In this document: one piece after another, positions 1-9,838 of the stretch | How positions within the stretch are numbered: position 1 is the first letter of the stretch | Layout: every line of letters starts with the position of its first letter | Origin: Nitrosopumilus maritimus SCM1 | GTDB taxonomy: Archaea; Thermoproteota; Nitrososphaeria; Nitrososphaerales; Nitrosopumilaceae | Assembly (NCBI RefSeq): GCF_000018465.1 | Contig: NC_010085.1 | Coordinates: 1,020,001-1,052,000 of the forward strand | Direction of reading: 5' to 3' | Length of the DNA stretch: 32,000 nt | Notes under the pieces: generated by a model | Told to the model about the DNA's origin: nothing | Database searches by the model: none | The model's input: the letters and a program-made list of their open reading frames with translations, nothing else | Translations under genes and position numbers: made by a program

Positions 1-1
1 T

Positions 2-613
2 TTGAACAATGATAATTCAGTTCATGGAATCCTTGTTCAATTACCACTTCCAGAACAGCTAGATGAATTTACTACAACATCAAGGATTTCACCACTAAAA
101 GATGTGGATGGTCTAACACCTCACAATGCAGGATTATTAGCAATGAAGAAAGCAGCACTTGTTGCATGTACACCATCAGGAGTAATGGAGATGTTTGATT
201 ATCATGGAATAGAATTAGAAGGAAAAAATATTGTATTGATTAACAGGAGTAATCTTGTTGGAAAACCACTATATCATTTATTGTTAGACAAGAATGCAAC
301 TGTAATTACATGTCATTCTAGAACAAAGAATTTGGTAGAACTGTGTCAATCAGCAGATATCATAATTACAGCAGTGGGAGATAGAAACAAGTTCACATTA
401 ACTTCAGACATGATAAAAGAAGGAGCAATTGTTATTGATGTTGCAATATCAAGATTCCAAGAAAAATTAGTAGGGGATGCAGACTATGAAGACATTATTC
501 AAAAAGCATCTTTTGCAACACCAGTTCCAGGAGGAGTTGGTCCAATGACAGTTGCAATGCTTTTGAAAAATACAATAACTGCAGCATCATTGAGTAGTCA
601 AATTGGAAAATAA
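2..613 (+). CDS. folD: Bifunctional methylenetetrahydrofolate dehydrogenase/cyclohydrolase FolD, N-terminus truncated by window edge
   Basis: ORF contains [48 protein letters not shown] and [18 protein letters not shown] signatures of FolD. Confidence 0.96.
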   Translation: [203 protein letters not shown]

Positions 614-1166
614 TTCTGAAAAAAAATCACTGCGAAATCTTCTTTTAGAAAAAAGAGATGGTACATCATTTGATTTGATGAAGATTGCCAGTGAAAAAAT
701 TAGTAAAAAATTAAAAAAAATTAAAACTTTCAGAGATGCTCAAAAGATTGGCGCATACTATCCAATTGGAAGTGAAGTACCAACTCAAGACATTATTCAA
801 GAATTGCTCAGTGATGGAAAAGAGGTATTCTTGCCAAGAGTGTCAGGAGAAAACATGGATTTTAAGAAAATTAGTGATTTTTCGAGCCTAGAAAGTGGAA
901 GTTTTGAGATAATGGAGCCAAAGATAGATTGTGAGACTGAAAATAACTTGGATGTAATTCTAGTACCTACTGTAGGCATTACCCCAAAAGGAATCAGATT
1001 AGGATACGGACATGGATTCTATGACAGATTTTTGTCAAATCACAAAATATCAACAATTTCTCTAACACTTGAAAAACAAGTTGTAAAAAATATCCCAAAA
1101 TCTGATCATGACATACTAATTGATTGGGTTGTCACTGAAGACAGAATTATAGATACTCATAGATAA
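603..1166 (+). CDS. 5-formyltetrahydrofolate cyclo-ligase family protein (TTG start)
   Basis: Motifs IGAYYPIGSEVPT, ILVPTVGITPKGIRLGYGHGFYDRFL typical of 5-FTHF cyclo-ligase; overlaps folD stop by 11 bp. Confidence 0.9.
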   Translation: MENNSEKKSLRNLLLEKRDGTSFDLMKIASEKISKKLKKIKTFRDAQKIGAYYPIGSEVPTQDIIQELLSDGKEVFLPRVSGENMDFKKISDFSSLESGSFEIMEPKIDCETENNLDVILVPTVGITPKGIRLGYGHGFYDRFLSNHKISTISLTLEKQVVKNIPKSDHDILIDWVVTEDRIIDTHR

Positions 1167-2422
1167 GACAATCCTTTTTTGCCAATATCTTTTCTGCAGA
1201 ACTTGTGAGGCCAAGAAATCTTTTCAGATGCAGTATATGCATTAGCAATTGCAGATTCCAAAGTGTCACCTAAGGCAGTCACTCCCAAAACACGTCCTCC
1301 ATTTGAGAGAATTTTCCCATCAGTCTGTTTTGTTCCTGCATGAAAGACATGTGCATTATCAGAAATAGAATCAAAACCAACAATCTCTTCATTCTTTGGA
1401 TAAGATTCAGGATATCCTTCTGAAGCTAAAACAACACATACAGAGTATTGGTCCTTCCAAGAGATTTCAGGCATTGAGGATAATTTGCCATCAGCACTTG
1501 CAACAAAATAATCATACAAATCAAAATCCATTCTCATGGTAATGGGTTGACATTCAGGATCACCCATTCTAACATTGTATTCTAAAACATATGGTTCGTT
1601 GTCTTTGATCATTATTCCAGCATAAAGAAATCCTTTGAATGTAATTCCCTCATTTTTCATAGACTGGATTGTTTTATCAATAATTTTTTCTTGAATTTTT
1701 TTGGCCAAATCTTCATCAATTATTGGGGTAGGAGAGTAAGCACCCATACCACCTGTGTTTGGACCTTTATCATCATCAAAAATTCGTTTATGGTCTTGGC
1801 TAGAAGCCATAGGGATAGCAACATTACCATCAGAAAGAGCAATGTATGAGGCCTCAATGCCATCAATTCTCTCCTCTACGATTATTCGATTTCCAGCATC
1901 ACCAAATGTCTTTTTTACCAAAATTGTTTGAATTGCAGAAATTGCCTCATCAGAACTATTACAGACAATTACACCCTTGCCAGCAGCCAAGCCGTCTGCT
2001 TTGACTACGACATTATAATCAAGGGATTTTATATAATCTTGAGCTTTCTCAGCATCATCAAATATTTCAAATCTAGCAGTAGGAATATCATTTCTTTTCA
2101 TGAAATCTTTTGCCCAGATTTTACTTGATTCAAGTTGTGCTGCATCTTTTGCAGGACCAAAAATTTTGAGATTTTTTTGATTAAATTTATCAACAATTCC
2201 TGCAGCTAAAGGAGCTTCAGGCCCTACCACTGTAAAACAATTATTTTTTTGAGCAAAATCTGCAAGAGCATCTAAATCATCAACATCAATTGGAACATTG
2301 TTTTTTGTTCCTCCATTTCCAGGAGCAGTAAATACAGTTTCAATTTTGGGGCTTTGAGATAGTTTCCATGACAAAGCATGTTCTCTTCCTCCAGAACCAA
2401 TTACCAGTACATTTACCAACAA
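1157..2422 (-). CDS. purD: Phosphoribosylamine--glycine ligase
   Basis: VLVIGSGGREHALSWKL, GPEAPLAAGIVD, VVKADGLAAGKGVIVC, GPNTGGMGAYSP motifs; 421 aa. Confidence 0.97.
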   Translation of the reverse strand: MLVNVLVIGSGGREHALSWKLSQSPKIETVFTAPGNGGTKNNVPIDVDDLDALADFAQKNNCFTVVGPEAPLAAGIVDKFNQKNLKIFGPAKDAAQLESSKIWAKDFMKRNDIPTARFEIFDDAEKAQDYIKSLDYNVVVKADGLAAGKGVIVCNSSDEAISAIQTILVKKTFGDAGNRIIVEERIDGIEASYIALSDGNVAIPMASSQDHKRIFDDDKGPNTGGMGAYSPTPIIDEDLAKKIQEKIIDKTIQSMKNEGITFKGFLYAGIMIKDNEPYVLEYNVRMGDPECQPITMRMDFDLYDYFVASADGKLSSMPEISWKDQYSVCVVLASEGYPESYPKNEEIVGFDSISDNAHVFHAGTKQTDGKILSNGGRVLGVTALGDTLESAIANAYTASEKISWPHKFCRKDIGKKGLSYL

Positions 2423-2505
2423 AAATTATTTTTTGCTCAATTATATAATCCAAGTCTCACAAAACCAATTTAGCTTTATAATGCCACAGATCTACCAAAA
2501 GCCAG

Positions 2506-5500
2506 ATGGAACTATCTACAAAGTTTGATGCAAAAGCAATCGAATCAGAGATTAAAGAATATGTAAAATCAATTGATTTAGAAAAGCAGATTTTTGCATC
2601 AGACAAGCCTGAAAAGATCAGATTCATTGAAGGTCCACCTACAATGAACGGAATTCCTCACGCAGGACATCTTAGAGGCAGAGTCATCAAAGATTTGTGG
2701 TATAGGTACAATACACTCCAAGGGAAGAAGATTGAATTTAATGGAGGATGGGACACACAAGGACTTCCTGTAGAACTACAAGTTGAAAAAGAGCTGGGAG
2801 TTACAGGTGGAAAGACTGAAGCAATCAAACAATTTGGGGTAGAGAGAATTGTATCTGAATGCAAAAAAGTTGTTGAAAAATACAACAAGACATGGGTAGA
2901 AGTTGATGAATTACTTGGGATGTCATTTAATCATGATAAAGCATATTGGACTTTTAGAGATGAATTTATTGAAAGAGAATGGCAAGTTCTAAAAAAAGCA
3001 CACGAGAATGGAATTTTAGAAGAAGATTTTACAGTTATTGCATATTGTCCTAGTTGTCAGACATCACTTAGTCATGCAGAAGTTAATCAAGGGTATGAAG
3101 AAGTAAAGGACCCATCACTATACTATAAAGTAAAACTGGTAGATGAAGATGTATTTTTGATTGTATGGACTACAATGCCATTTACACTAGTTACTGATGC
3201 AATGGTAGGATTACAGCCAGAAGAAGATTATGCTTATGTCAAAGTAGAAAATGAAACTTGGGTTGTTGGAAAAACAAGATTAGAAGAATTCATGACTGAA
3301 GTAAAAATTGAAGATTACAAAATCGAAAAGACTGTCAAAGGTTCAGAATTTGAAGGGAAAAAATACATCCATCCATTATTGGATTTGATTCCAGAGTTAA
3401 ACGAATGCTCAAAGGCAGACAATTTCCATGTAGCAGTATCAGAATCGTTCGTTGATGCTAGTACTGGTAGTGGTCTTGTACATCTGTCTCCAGCAAACGG
3501 TGAGGAAGATATCAAGATTGCAAACAAGAGAAAAGTCAAGATTTTCAGCCCCATAGATGACGAGGTAAAGTTCACTTCTCAGGCAGGAAAATACCAAGGA
3601 ATGTTTGTCAGAGATGCGGACAGACCAATTGTAGAAGATTTGAAAGAGTGTAATGCTCTAGTAAAGATTGGCAAAATCAAACACAAGTATCCACTTTGTT
3701 GGAGATCACACCATCCAATTGTATGGCTTGCAAGAAAGGGTTGGTTCTACAAACTAGACAGACTAGATAACAAGGCAATTGATGCAGCAGAAAGTGTAGA
3801 GTATTATTTTGAACAACCAAAAAACAGATTCTTAGGAATTATCAAAGAGAGACATCCTTGGTGTATCTCAAGGGAGAGAATTTGGGGATGTCCATTGCCA
3901 GTATGGGCATGTGAAGAATGCAATGAAAGAAACTGGTTTTTTACAAGAAAAGAGATTGTAGAATCAGCTGACAATCTTCCTGATGGCCCAGACTTTGAAT
4001 TACACAGACCATGGATTGATAACATTACAATAAAGTGTAAAAAATGTGGCAGTACAAAAACAAAGAGAGAAGAATATGTTTTAGATACTTGGCACAATAG
4101 TGGTTCTGCACCATATTCATCATTAACTGATGAAGAGTACACAAACGAAATTCCAGCACCATTCTTCACTGAAGGAATTGATCAAACTAGAGGATGGGCA
4201 TATACACTACTCATTGAAAATGTAATTCTAAACAACGGACCAACCCCACCATACAAGTCATTCTTGTTCCAAGGACATGTACTTGATGAGAAAGGAGGCA
4301 AGATGAGCAAGAGTAAAGGCAATGTTTTGGAAGGAATTGAATTACTAGAAAAATATCCTGCAGATTTGATTAGATTTTATTTCATGTGGAAGGCTAGTCC
4401 AATTGAACCACTTAGTTTCAGTACAGAAGAGTTAATGTCAAGACCATATCAAGTAATCAACACACTATTCAATTTACACTTGTACTTTAAGCAAAACAGC
4501 CAGTATGATAACTTTGAAAAAGAAAACACGATAGAGTGGGCAAAACAAAAGAATTTGTTAACATCACCAGACATTTGGCTCTTATCAAAACTTCAAAAAT
4601 TAATCTCAAAAATTACAGACCGCAATGATTCTTGCAAATTTCATGAAGGTGCAAAAGCAATTGACGACTTTATCATTAACAATCTAAGTCAAATCTACAT
4701 TCCAATTACAAGAGGAGAATTGTGGGATGAAGACGAGGATAAAAAGGAGAGAAGGCTTGCAATTTATGCAGTACTAGAGGAAGTTCTAAGAACATTAGAT
4801 ATCTTGATTCATCCATTTTGTCCATTTACCAGTGAGCATCTGTACCAAACAGTCTTTGATGGAAAACAAAGCATACTACTAGACAAATGGCCAAAATCAC
4901 AAGAGTCACTAGTCAATGAAGAGATTGAAGAATCATTTGACATTATGAAAGATGTAGTATCAGTTTCATCAGCTGCAAGAATGAAAGGCAAACTCAAAAG
5001 AAGATGGCCATTAAATGAAGCAAAAATTTGTGTTAAGAAAGGACTAAAGTCAAAGTTAGAATCACTATCAGAACTACTCCAGTCTCAGCTAAATGTAGAG
5101 AAATTCAGCATTGCTGAAACTGAAAAAGAATCAGGATTAGAACAAATTTTAGAATTAAAACAACTAGGACTGCCTGCAAAGCCAATTGTTGAATTGGAAA
5201 GAAAGAGAATCGGGCCAAAAGCAAAACAACACATGGGAAAACTTGTTGCAAAGTTCTCTGAAACAAATCCTGATGAAATAATTTCATCTTTACAAAATAA
5301 TTCAAAGTTTGATTTTGATATTGATGATGAAACGATTTCACTTGACAATGAAGATTTTGTTGTAGACTTTGATGCTGATGAAAATTATGCAATGTCAAAA
5401 AGAGATGATTATGTAGTGTTTATCTCAACATCGCGAAACAAAGAGATGATGGCAAAAGGATTAGTCAAAGATGTTGCAAGAAGATTGCAAACTTTGAGAA

Positions 5501-5703
5501 AAGAGAGAGGATACAATCCAACTGATGTTTTAGGAGTCGCATCAATTCTTGATTTAGATGAAGAATCACTTGAAATGATCAAAGAAAAATCAGAAGACTT
5601 GGCTTTCTTGGTAAGAGTAAAGCAAGTCAACTTTACAGAATCATGTAAAGAATACAAAGATGACGACATTGATGGTCAGAAGATTAGAATTTCAGTAGAG
5701 TAA
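2506..5703 (+). CDS. ileS: Isoleucyl-tRNA synthetase
   Basis: 1065 aa class I aaRS with GPPTMNGIPHAGHLRGR (HIGH), GWDTQGLPVELQVEKELG, KMSKSKGNVLEG (KMSKS), editing domain and C-terminal zinc/anticodon domain. Confidence 0.98.
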   Translation: MELSTKFDAKAIESEIKEYVKSIDLEKQIFASDKPEKIRFIEGPPTMNGIPHAGHLRGRVIKDLWYRYNTLQGKKIEFNGGWDTQGLPVELQVEKELGVTGGKTEAIKQFGVERIVSECKKVVEKYNKTWVEVDELLGMSFNHDKAYWTFRDEFIEREWQVLKKAHENGILEEDFTVIAYCPSCQTSLSHAEVNQGYEEVKDPSLYYKVKLVDEDVFLIVWTTMPFTLVTDAMVGLQPEEDYAYVKVENETWVVGKTRLEEFMTEVKIEDYKIEKTVKGSEFEGKKYIHPLLDLIPELNECSKADNFHVAVSESFVDASTGSGLVHLSPANGEEDIKIANKRKVKIFSPIDDEVKFTSQAGKYQGMFVRDADRPIVEDLKECNALVKIGKIKHKYPLCWRSHHPIVWLARKGWFYKLDRLDNKAIDAAESVEYYFEQPKNRFLGIIKERHPWCISRERIWGCPLPVWACEECNERNWFFTRKEIVESADNLPDGPDFELHRPWIDNITIKCKKCGSTKTKREEYVLDTWHNSGSAPYSSLTDEEYTNEIPAPFFTEGIDQTRGWAYTLLIENVILNNGPTPPYKSFLFQGHVLDEKGGKMSKSKGNVLEGIELLEKYPADLIRFYFMWKASPIEPLSFSTEELMSRPYQVINTLFNLHLYFKQNSQYDNFEKENTIEWAKQKNLLTSPDIWLLSKLQKLISKITDRNDSCKFHEGAKAIDDFIINNLSQIYIPITRGELWDEDEDKKERRLAIYAVLEEVLRTLDILIHPFCPFTSEHLYQTVFDGKQSILLDKWPKSQESLVNEEIEESFDIMKDVVSVSSAARMKGKLKRRWPLNEAKICVKKGLKSKLESLSELLQSQLNVEKFSIAETEKESGLEQILELKQLGLPAKPIVELERKRIGPKAKQHMGKLVAKFSETNPDEIISSLQNNSKFDFDIDDETISLDNEDFVVDFDADENYAMSKRDDYVVFISTSRNKEMMAKGLVKDVARRLQTLRKERGYNPTDVLGVASILDLDEESLEMIKEKSEDLAFLVRVKQVNFTESCKEYKDDDIDGQKIRISVE

Positions 5704-5888
5704 GTTCTAGAAAAAATTTGATTGCAGTGCAGACTCACTTTTTATTAATAAAAAATACAAAAAATCAATCATATTCCAGAAGAGATTGGCATCTAGGTCC
5801 CCCAACCAGTATTTTCTCCTATCTCTTCTGAGAATTAATTTCTAGATTCATGTAATATTTTTATTAGAATCATAGTAGACATAGGGAA

Positions 5889-6476
5889 ATGTCCGAATCA
5901 AAGGAACCTAACGTAGTTGGGATTAATGTCCTAAAGCAAAATGGTGTAGATGTTGATGAATTAGTAAATGAGCTAATCAAAAATGCAGCCGTAGAATTTA
6001 CTGCATACTACTACTTTACCAACCTTAGAGCACACTGCACAGGCATGGAGGGAGAAGGACTCAAAGGAATTATTGAAGATGCCAGACTAGAAGACCTCAG
6101 TCATTTTGAATCATGTATTGAGAGAATCTATCAATTAGGTGGTTCACTTCCAAATGATGCAACTGAATTTATCAAAATTTCAGGATGTGAGTTTTTACAA
6201 CTTCCACCAAATCCAACTGATCACAAAGCAATTCTAGAGAAATGTCTCAAAGCAGAACAAGGTGCAATTGTCAACTGGAATAAAATTTGCAAGATGACAC
6301 TTGGAAAAGATCCAGCAACATATGATATTGCAAAAGACATCTTGGCTGAAGAGATCGAGCATGAGTCTTGGTTCTTAGAGTTAATCTATGGAAGACCATC
6401 AGGACACATGAGAAGAAAGTATGCTGGAGAAAGACCACATACAAGAAAACACTCTAGAGCTCTTGATATGGCCTAA
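5889..6476 (+). CDS. Dps-like ferritin family protein (DPSL type)
   Basis: 195 aa, helical ferritin-like with AAVEFTAYYYFTNLRAHC, EDARLEDLSHFESCIERIYQLGG, GCEFL and AEEIEHESWFLELI iron-ligand pattern. Confidence 0.85.
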   Translation: MSESKEPNVVGINVLKQNGVDVDELVNELIKNAAVEFTAYYYFTNLRAHCTGMEGEGLKGIIEDARLEDLSHFESCIERIYQLGGSLPNDATEFIKISGCEFLQLPPNPTDHKAILEKCLKAEQGAIVNWNKICKMTLGKDPATYDIAKDILAEEIEHESWFLELIYGRPSGHMRRKYAGERPHTRKHSRALDMA

Positions 6477-6578
6477 GCCAGATCATCTTCTTTCTTATTT
6501 TATGTAATTTTAATGACGACAAATAGTGAAGATGCGTTGTTTTATCACGGTTAAATAGAAAAATTACGTATTGATATC

Positions 6579-6908
6579 ATGGTAAAGCAGATTAGTCTTG
6601 ATGCATGGCAGATTCAGCATCTAGCAGACTTGCTTGAAAAGGGCTCTAAAATTGTTGAGAAAACTAATCGACCTATTGTCCTTTACAGACAAACTCTAGA
6701 AGAAGAAGATGAATCTTATGAAGAGATTGTGTGTACACTTACCAAAGGATATGTAATTGAGCAGATGGTGACATCAGGAGGAGTCCTAGTTCCAAGTTTT
6801 CACCAACAGTTTGTATTTACCATTGAAGAATATCCTCAAGAATTGTTGAGAAAAAGCAAGGATCGCTTTTTAGAAATGATTGACTTTCTTGATGAGCAAC
6901 TAAGATAA
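6579..6908 (+). CDS. Conserved hypothetical protein
   Basis: 109 aa ORF MVKQISLDAWQIQHLADLLEKG..., clean intergenic gap upstream; no family recognised. Confidence 0.7.
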   Translation: MVKQISLDAWQIQHLADLLEKGSKIVEKTNRPIVLYRQTLEEEDESYEEIVCTLTKGYVIEQMVTSGGVLVPSFHQQFVFTIEEYPQELLRKSKDRFLEMIDFLDEQLR

Positions 6909-6948
6909 CGCCATAATTAATAAAGACCGTAAAATTCAGGATTTTTGC

Positions 6949-8055
6949 ATGCAATTACTAGAATTTCAGGCAAAAGAGCTATTTCGTGAATATGGCATCA
7001 ACCTGCTAGACAGTATTTCATCTACAAATATCGAAGAGGGTAGAAAGCATGCAAAAGAGTTAGGATATCCATTTGTGATTAAAATTCAGGTTCCAGTAGG
7101 AGGCAGAGGTAAGGCTGGAGGTATCCAAAAATGCCAAAATGATGATGAATTTGAGATAAAATATCCCCAAGTCATGGATTTGACAATAAAGGGAGAAAAA
7201 GCAAGAGCCATTCTTTTGGAAAAGATGGCAGATATCAAAAAAGAGTTGTATCTTTCAATATTTTTGAATCGTTCAAAGAGATGTTATACAATTATTGCAT
7301 CTGATGAGGGCGGTGTTGAAATTGAATCAGTGAAAAACCAAATCATCAAAGAGATCGGATTAGGTGAAGTTTCAGATGATCTTGCACAAGAAGTTGCAAA
7401 AGAGATGGGACTAGAAGGAAAACACGCTGAAGGTGTTGTAGACACTTTGAAAAAACTATCAAAACTTACAATTGAAAAAGAAGCAGAACTTGTTGAAATT
7501 AATCCACTTGCAATTATGCAAGACGATTCAATAACTGCACTAGATGGAAAGTTTGTTACAGATGATAATAGTAACTTTAGACATCCAGAGTTAGAAAAGT
7601 ATCAAGAAAAGTCAGAGATTGAAGAGCAAGCTGAAAAAAGCGGATTCTCACTAGTTGAATTAGACGGAGACATTGCAGTAGTAGGTAATGGTGCAGGACT
7701 GGTAATGTCTACATTAGATATGTTATCAGATAACGGAGGAAAGCCAGCATGTTTCTTAGATGTTGGTGGCGGTGCAACAACTGAATCAGTTTACGAAGCA
7801 CTAACTTTGATTAGTAAATTAGATAGAGTAAAAGGAATTTTGGTAAACCTCTATGGAGGAATTGTAAAGACTACAGTAGTAGCTGAAGCATTTCTCAAAG
7901 CATATGAGGATAACGTAATTGACTTACCAGTATTTTCAAGACTAAAGGGAACAGAATCAGAAAAAGCAACAGAGATGCTGCAAGGTTCTAGAACCAAAAT
8001 TTTCAGTACAGTTGAAGAAGCAATCAACGCAGCAGTAATGGGAGTAAAGAATTGA
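6949..8055 (+). CDS. sucC: Succinyl-CoA synthetase (ADP-forming) beta subunit / ATP-citrate-lyase-type ATP-grasp ligase
   Basis: MQLLEFQAKELFREYGI, VQVPVGGRGKAGGI, EINPLA, VGNGAGLVMSTLDM, GGGATTESVYEA motifs. Confidence 0.93.
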   Translation: MQLLEFQAKELFREYGINLLDSISSTNIEEGRKHAKELGYPFVIKIQVPVGGRGKAGGIQKCQNDDEFEIKYPQVMDLTIKGEKARAILLEKMADIKKELYLSIFLNRSKRCYTIIASDEGGVEIESVKNQIIKEIGLGEVSDDLAQEVAKEMGLEGKHAEGVVDTLKKLSKLTIEKEAELVEINPLAIMQDDSITALDGKFVTDDNSNFRHPELEKYQEKSEIEEQAEKSGFSLVELDGDIAVVGNGAGLVMSTLDMLSDNGGKPACFLDVGGGATTESVYEALTLISKLDRVKGILVNLYGGIVKTTVVAEAFLKAYEDNVIDLPVFSRLKGTESEKATEMLQGSRTKIFSTVEEAINAAVMGVKN

Positions 8056-8969
8056 CAGACATTTTTGGACTACTAAAGGGAAATCCAGGAGATTCTGATT
8101 ATGAGAAGAAAGGAGTAATTGTTCAAGGGATTACTGGAGCATATGGTTCACTACATGCAAGAAACATGATTGCATATGGAACAAATGTTGTTGCAGGAGT
8201 TACTCCTGGAAAAGGTGGCCAGAAATTTGATGATAAAGTTCCAATTTACAATTCAATGCAAGAAGCAGTAGATGCAACTAATGCTAAAATATCAATTGTC
8301 TTTGTTCCAGCAAAGTTCTTTCTTAGTGCTGCAAAAGATGCACTAGAGGCAGGAATCAAACTACTAGTTGCAATTCCAGAGCACGTTCCAGTTAGAGATA
8401 CAATGGAAACACTAGAGCTTGCAAAACAAAAAGGAGCAGTAGTCATTGGTCCAAACACTCCAGGAATAATGATTCCAGAATTAATTAAAATTGGAATTAT
8501 GCCACCAATGCCTTTCAAGGCAGGAAAGATTGCCGTTTTATCAAAGAGCGGAACATTACTTTATGAGATTTCAGATGCATTAACTAATGCAGGATTCGGT
8601 CAATCAATTACAATTGGCATTGGAGGAGATCCAGTTAATGGAACAAGACTCATTGATGCATTTGACATGGTAAAAGACATTCCAGACTTGGAAGGAATGG
8701 TAGTTGTAGGAGAAATTGGTGGAGACTCTGAGGAAATGTTAGCTCAAAGAATTATTGATTCAGGATTTAACAAACCAACTGTTGCATACATTGCAGGTAG
8801 AGCAGCACCTAAAGAAAAGAGAATGGGACATGCAGGTGCAATTGTCATGGGAACATATGGTTCAGCTGAATCCAAAGTTTCAATGTTTAACAAGGCAAAC
8901 ATTCCTGTAGCAAAAAGACCTGCAGAAGTACCAGTTTTGCTAGCAGGAAAGATGGAAAAATCCGATTAG
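8052..8969 (+). CDS. sucD: Succinyl-CoA synthetase alpha subunit
   Basis: VIVQGITGAYGSLHARNM, GVTPGKGGQ, GPNTPGI, SKSGTLLYE, GIGGDPVNGT, GEIGGDSEE, AGRAAPKEKRMGHAGAI; 4-bp overlap with sucC. Confidence 0.95.
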   Translation: MTDIFGLLKGNPGDSDYEKKGVIVQGITGAYGSLHARNMIAYGTNVVAGVTPGKGGQKFDDKVPIYNSMQEAVDATNAKISIVFVPAKFFLSAAKDALEAGIKLLVAIPEHVPVRDTMETLELAKQKGAVVIGPNTPGIMIPELIKIGIMPPMPFKAGKIAVLSKSGTLLYEISDALTNAGFGQSITIGIGGDPVNGTRLIDAFDMVKDIPDLEGMVVVGEIGGDSEEMLAQRIIDSGFNKPTVAYIAGRAAPKEKRMGHAGAIVMGTYGSAESKVSMFNKANIPVAKRPAEVPVLLAGKMEKSD

Positions 8970-9000
8970 ATTAAAAGAGAGTGTTTTAGGAGAGAATCAA

Positions 9001-9168
9001 ATGCCAATCACAGACCCAGAAAAGAAACGAATTGCACAGCAAGCTAGACTTGTCATGAGAATTTGTTTTAATTGTGGGGCACGAAACGATGTTGGCGCTA
9101 CTAGATGCAGAAAATGCAGAAACCCATACTTGAGATTAAAGAACAGAAATCTCGGCGTAAAGAAATAG
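9001..9168 (+). CDS. rpl40e: 50S ribosomal protein L40e (absent from ORF track)
   Basis: Hand translation: MPITDPEKKRIAQQARLVMRICFNCGARNDVGATRCRKCRNPYLRLKNRNLGVKK*, 55 aa with the L40e C4 zinc ribbon. Confidence 0.95.
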   Translation: MPITDPEKKRIAQQARLVMRICFNCGARNDVGATRCRKCRNPYLRLKNRNLGVKK

Positions 9169-9170
9169 AA

Positions 9171-9419
9171 CTAGAAATTCATCAGTCTTTGTCTATAATC
9201 TACAATTGCAGATTTTATATCAGAATTGTACCTCATTACAAAAGATTTTGCTAAATCAGAATTCTCCAACTCTTCTAGATCAATTTGTAGATCATCAGGT
9301 AGTTGTTCGTTCATTTGAAAGAGAATCTTTGCAGCATCAGTATATTGTCCAAGATTTTCAGCATACTCAAATGCTAATTTCATCCTGTCAATTAATGCAT
9401 CAAATTCCTGTAAAGACAT
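9171..9419 (-). CDS. Conserved hypothetical protein
   Basis: 82 aa ORF MSLQEFDALIDRMKLAFEYAENLGQYTDAAKILFQMNEQLP..., convergent with rpl40e. Confidence 0.65.
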   Translation of the reverse strand: MSLQEFDALIDRMKLAFEYAENLGQYTDAAKILFQMNEQLPDDLQIDLEELENSDLAKSFVMRYNSDIKSAIVDYRQRLMNF

Positions 9420-9514
9420 GTTATGATTTTTCAGAATTTAGTACTAAAGGGATTGGTAATTACAAAATATCCAGAATCTAAAGACAAAAAAACTCGTAGT
9501 TGCGTAATTTTGTT

Positions 9515-9611
9515 GGACCGGTCGTCTAGTTTGGTTTGGATGACGCACTCACACTGCGTAAGGGAACAAAATTCTCCGCAAAGGTCGTGGGTTCAAATCC
9601 CATCCGGTCCA
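9515..9611 (+). tRNA. tRNA-Val (anticodon CAC) with a long variable region / probable non-canonical intron
   Basis: Acceptor GGACCGG/CCGGTCC, anticodon stem ACGCA/TGCGT around loop CTCACAC, T arm GTGGG-TTCAAAT-CCCAT. 27 nt lie between anticodon stem and T stem (9560-9586) where about 5 are expected. Confidence 0.88.
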
Positions 9612-9731
9612 CCTACCTTTATGGGTATTATTTTGGACGCAGATATTCATCGATTTTTCCATATCCCCAAAGAATAAGATGTGAAATTTGAATCTGTAAG
9701 AATTCATAATCTTGTAGAATTGTACAATTGG

Positions 9732-9745
9732 TTTACAAATGTAAA
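9732..9745 (+). promoter_or_regulatory. TTTACAAATGTAAA palindrome upstream of hypothetical 9839
   Basis: Full match to TTTACANNTGTAAA; 93 bp upstream of the ORF. Confidence 0.65.
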
Positions 9746-9838
9746 ATATTTCAAGTGTATTTTATCATTCAATTGCTTTATACAATTTTTTTGCTATATG
9801 TAAAGATCCTTTAAATCAATGAAAGTATTAACATATGC

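Noticed and set aside
2658-5669. Multiple antisense ORFs (2658-, 3315-, 3804-, 4809-, 5085-, 5105-, 5409-) inside ileS
   Set aside because: All lie fully opposite or inside a clear 1065-aa synthetase with good motifs; low-complexity translations typical of shadow ORFs.
9206-9677. Plus-strand ORFs 9206..9481 and 9423..9677
   Set aside because: The first is antisense to 9171..9419; the second runs through the tRNA-Val gene.
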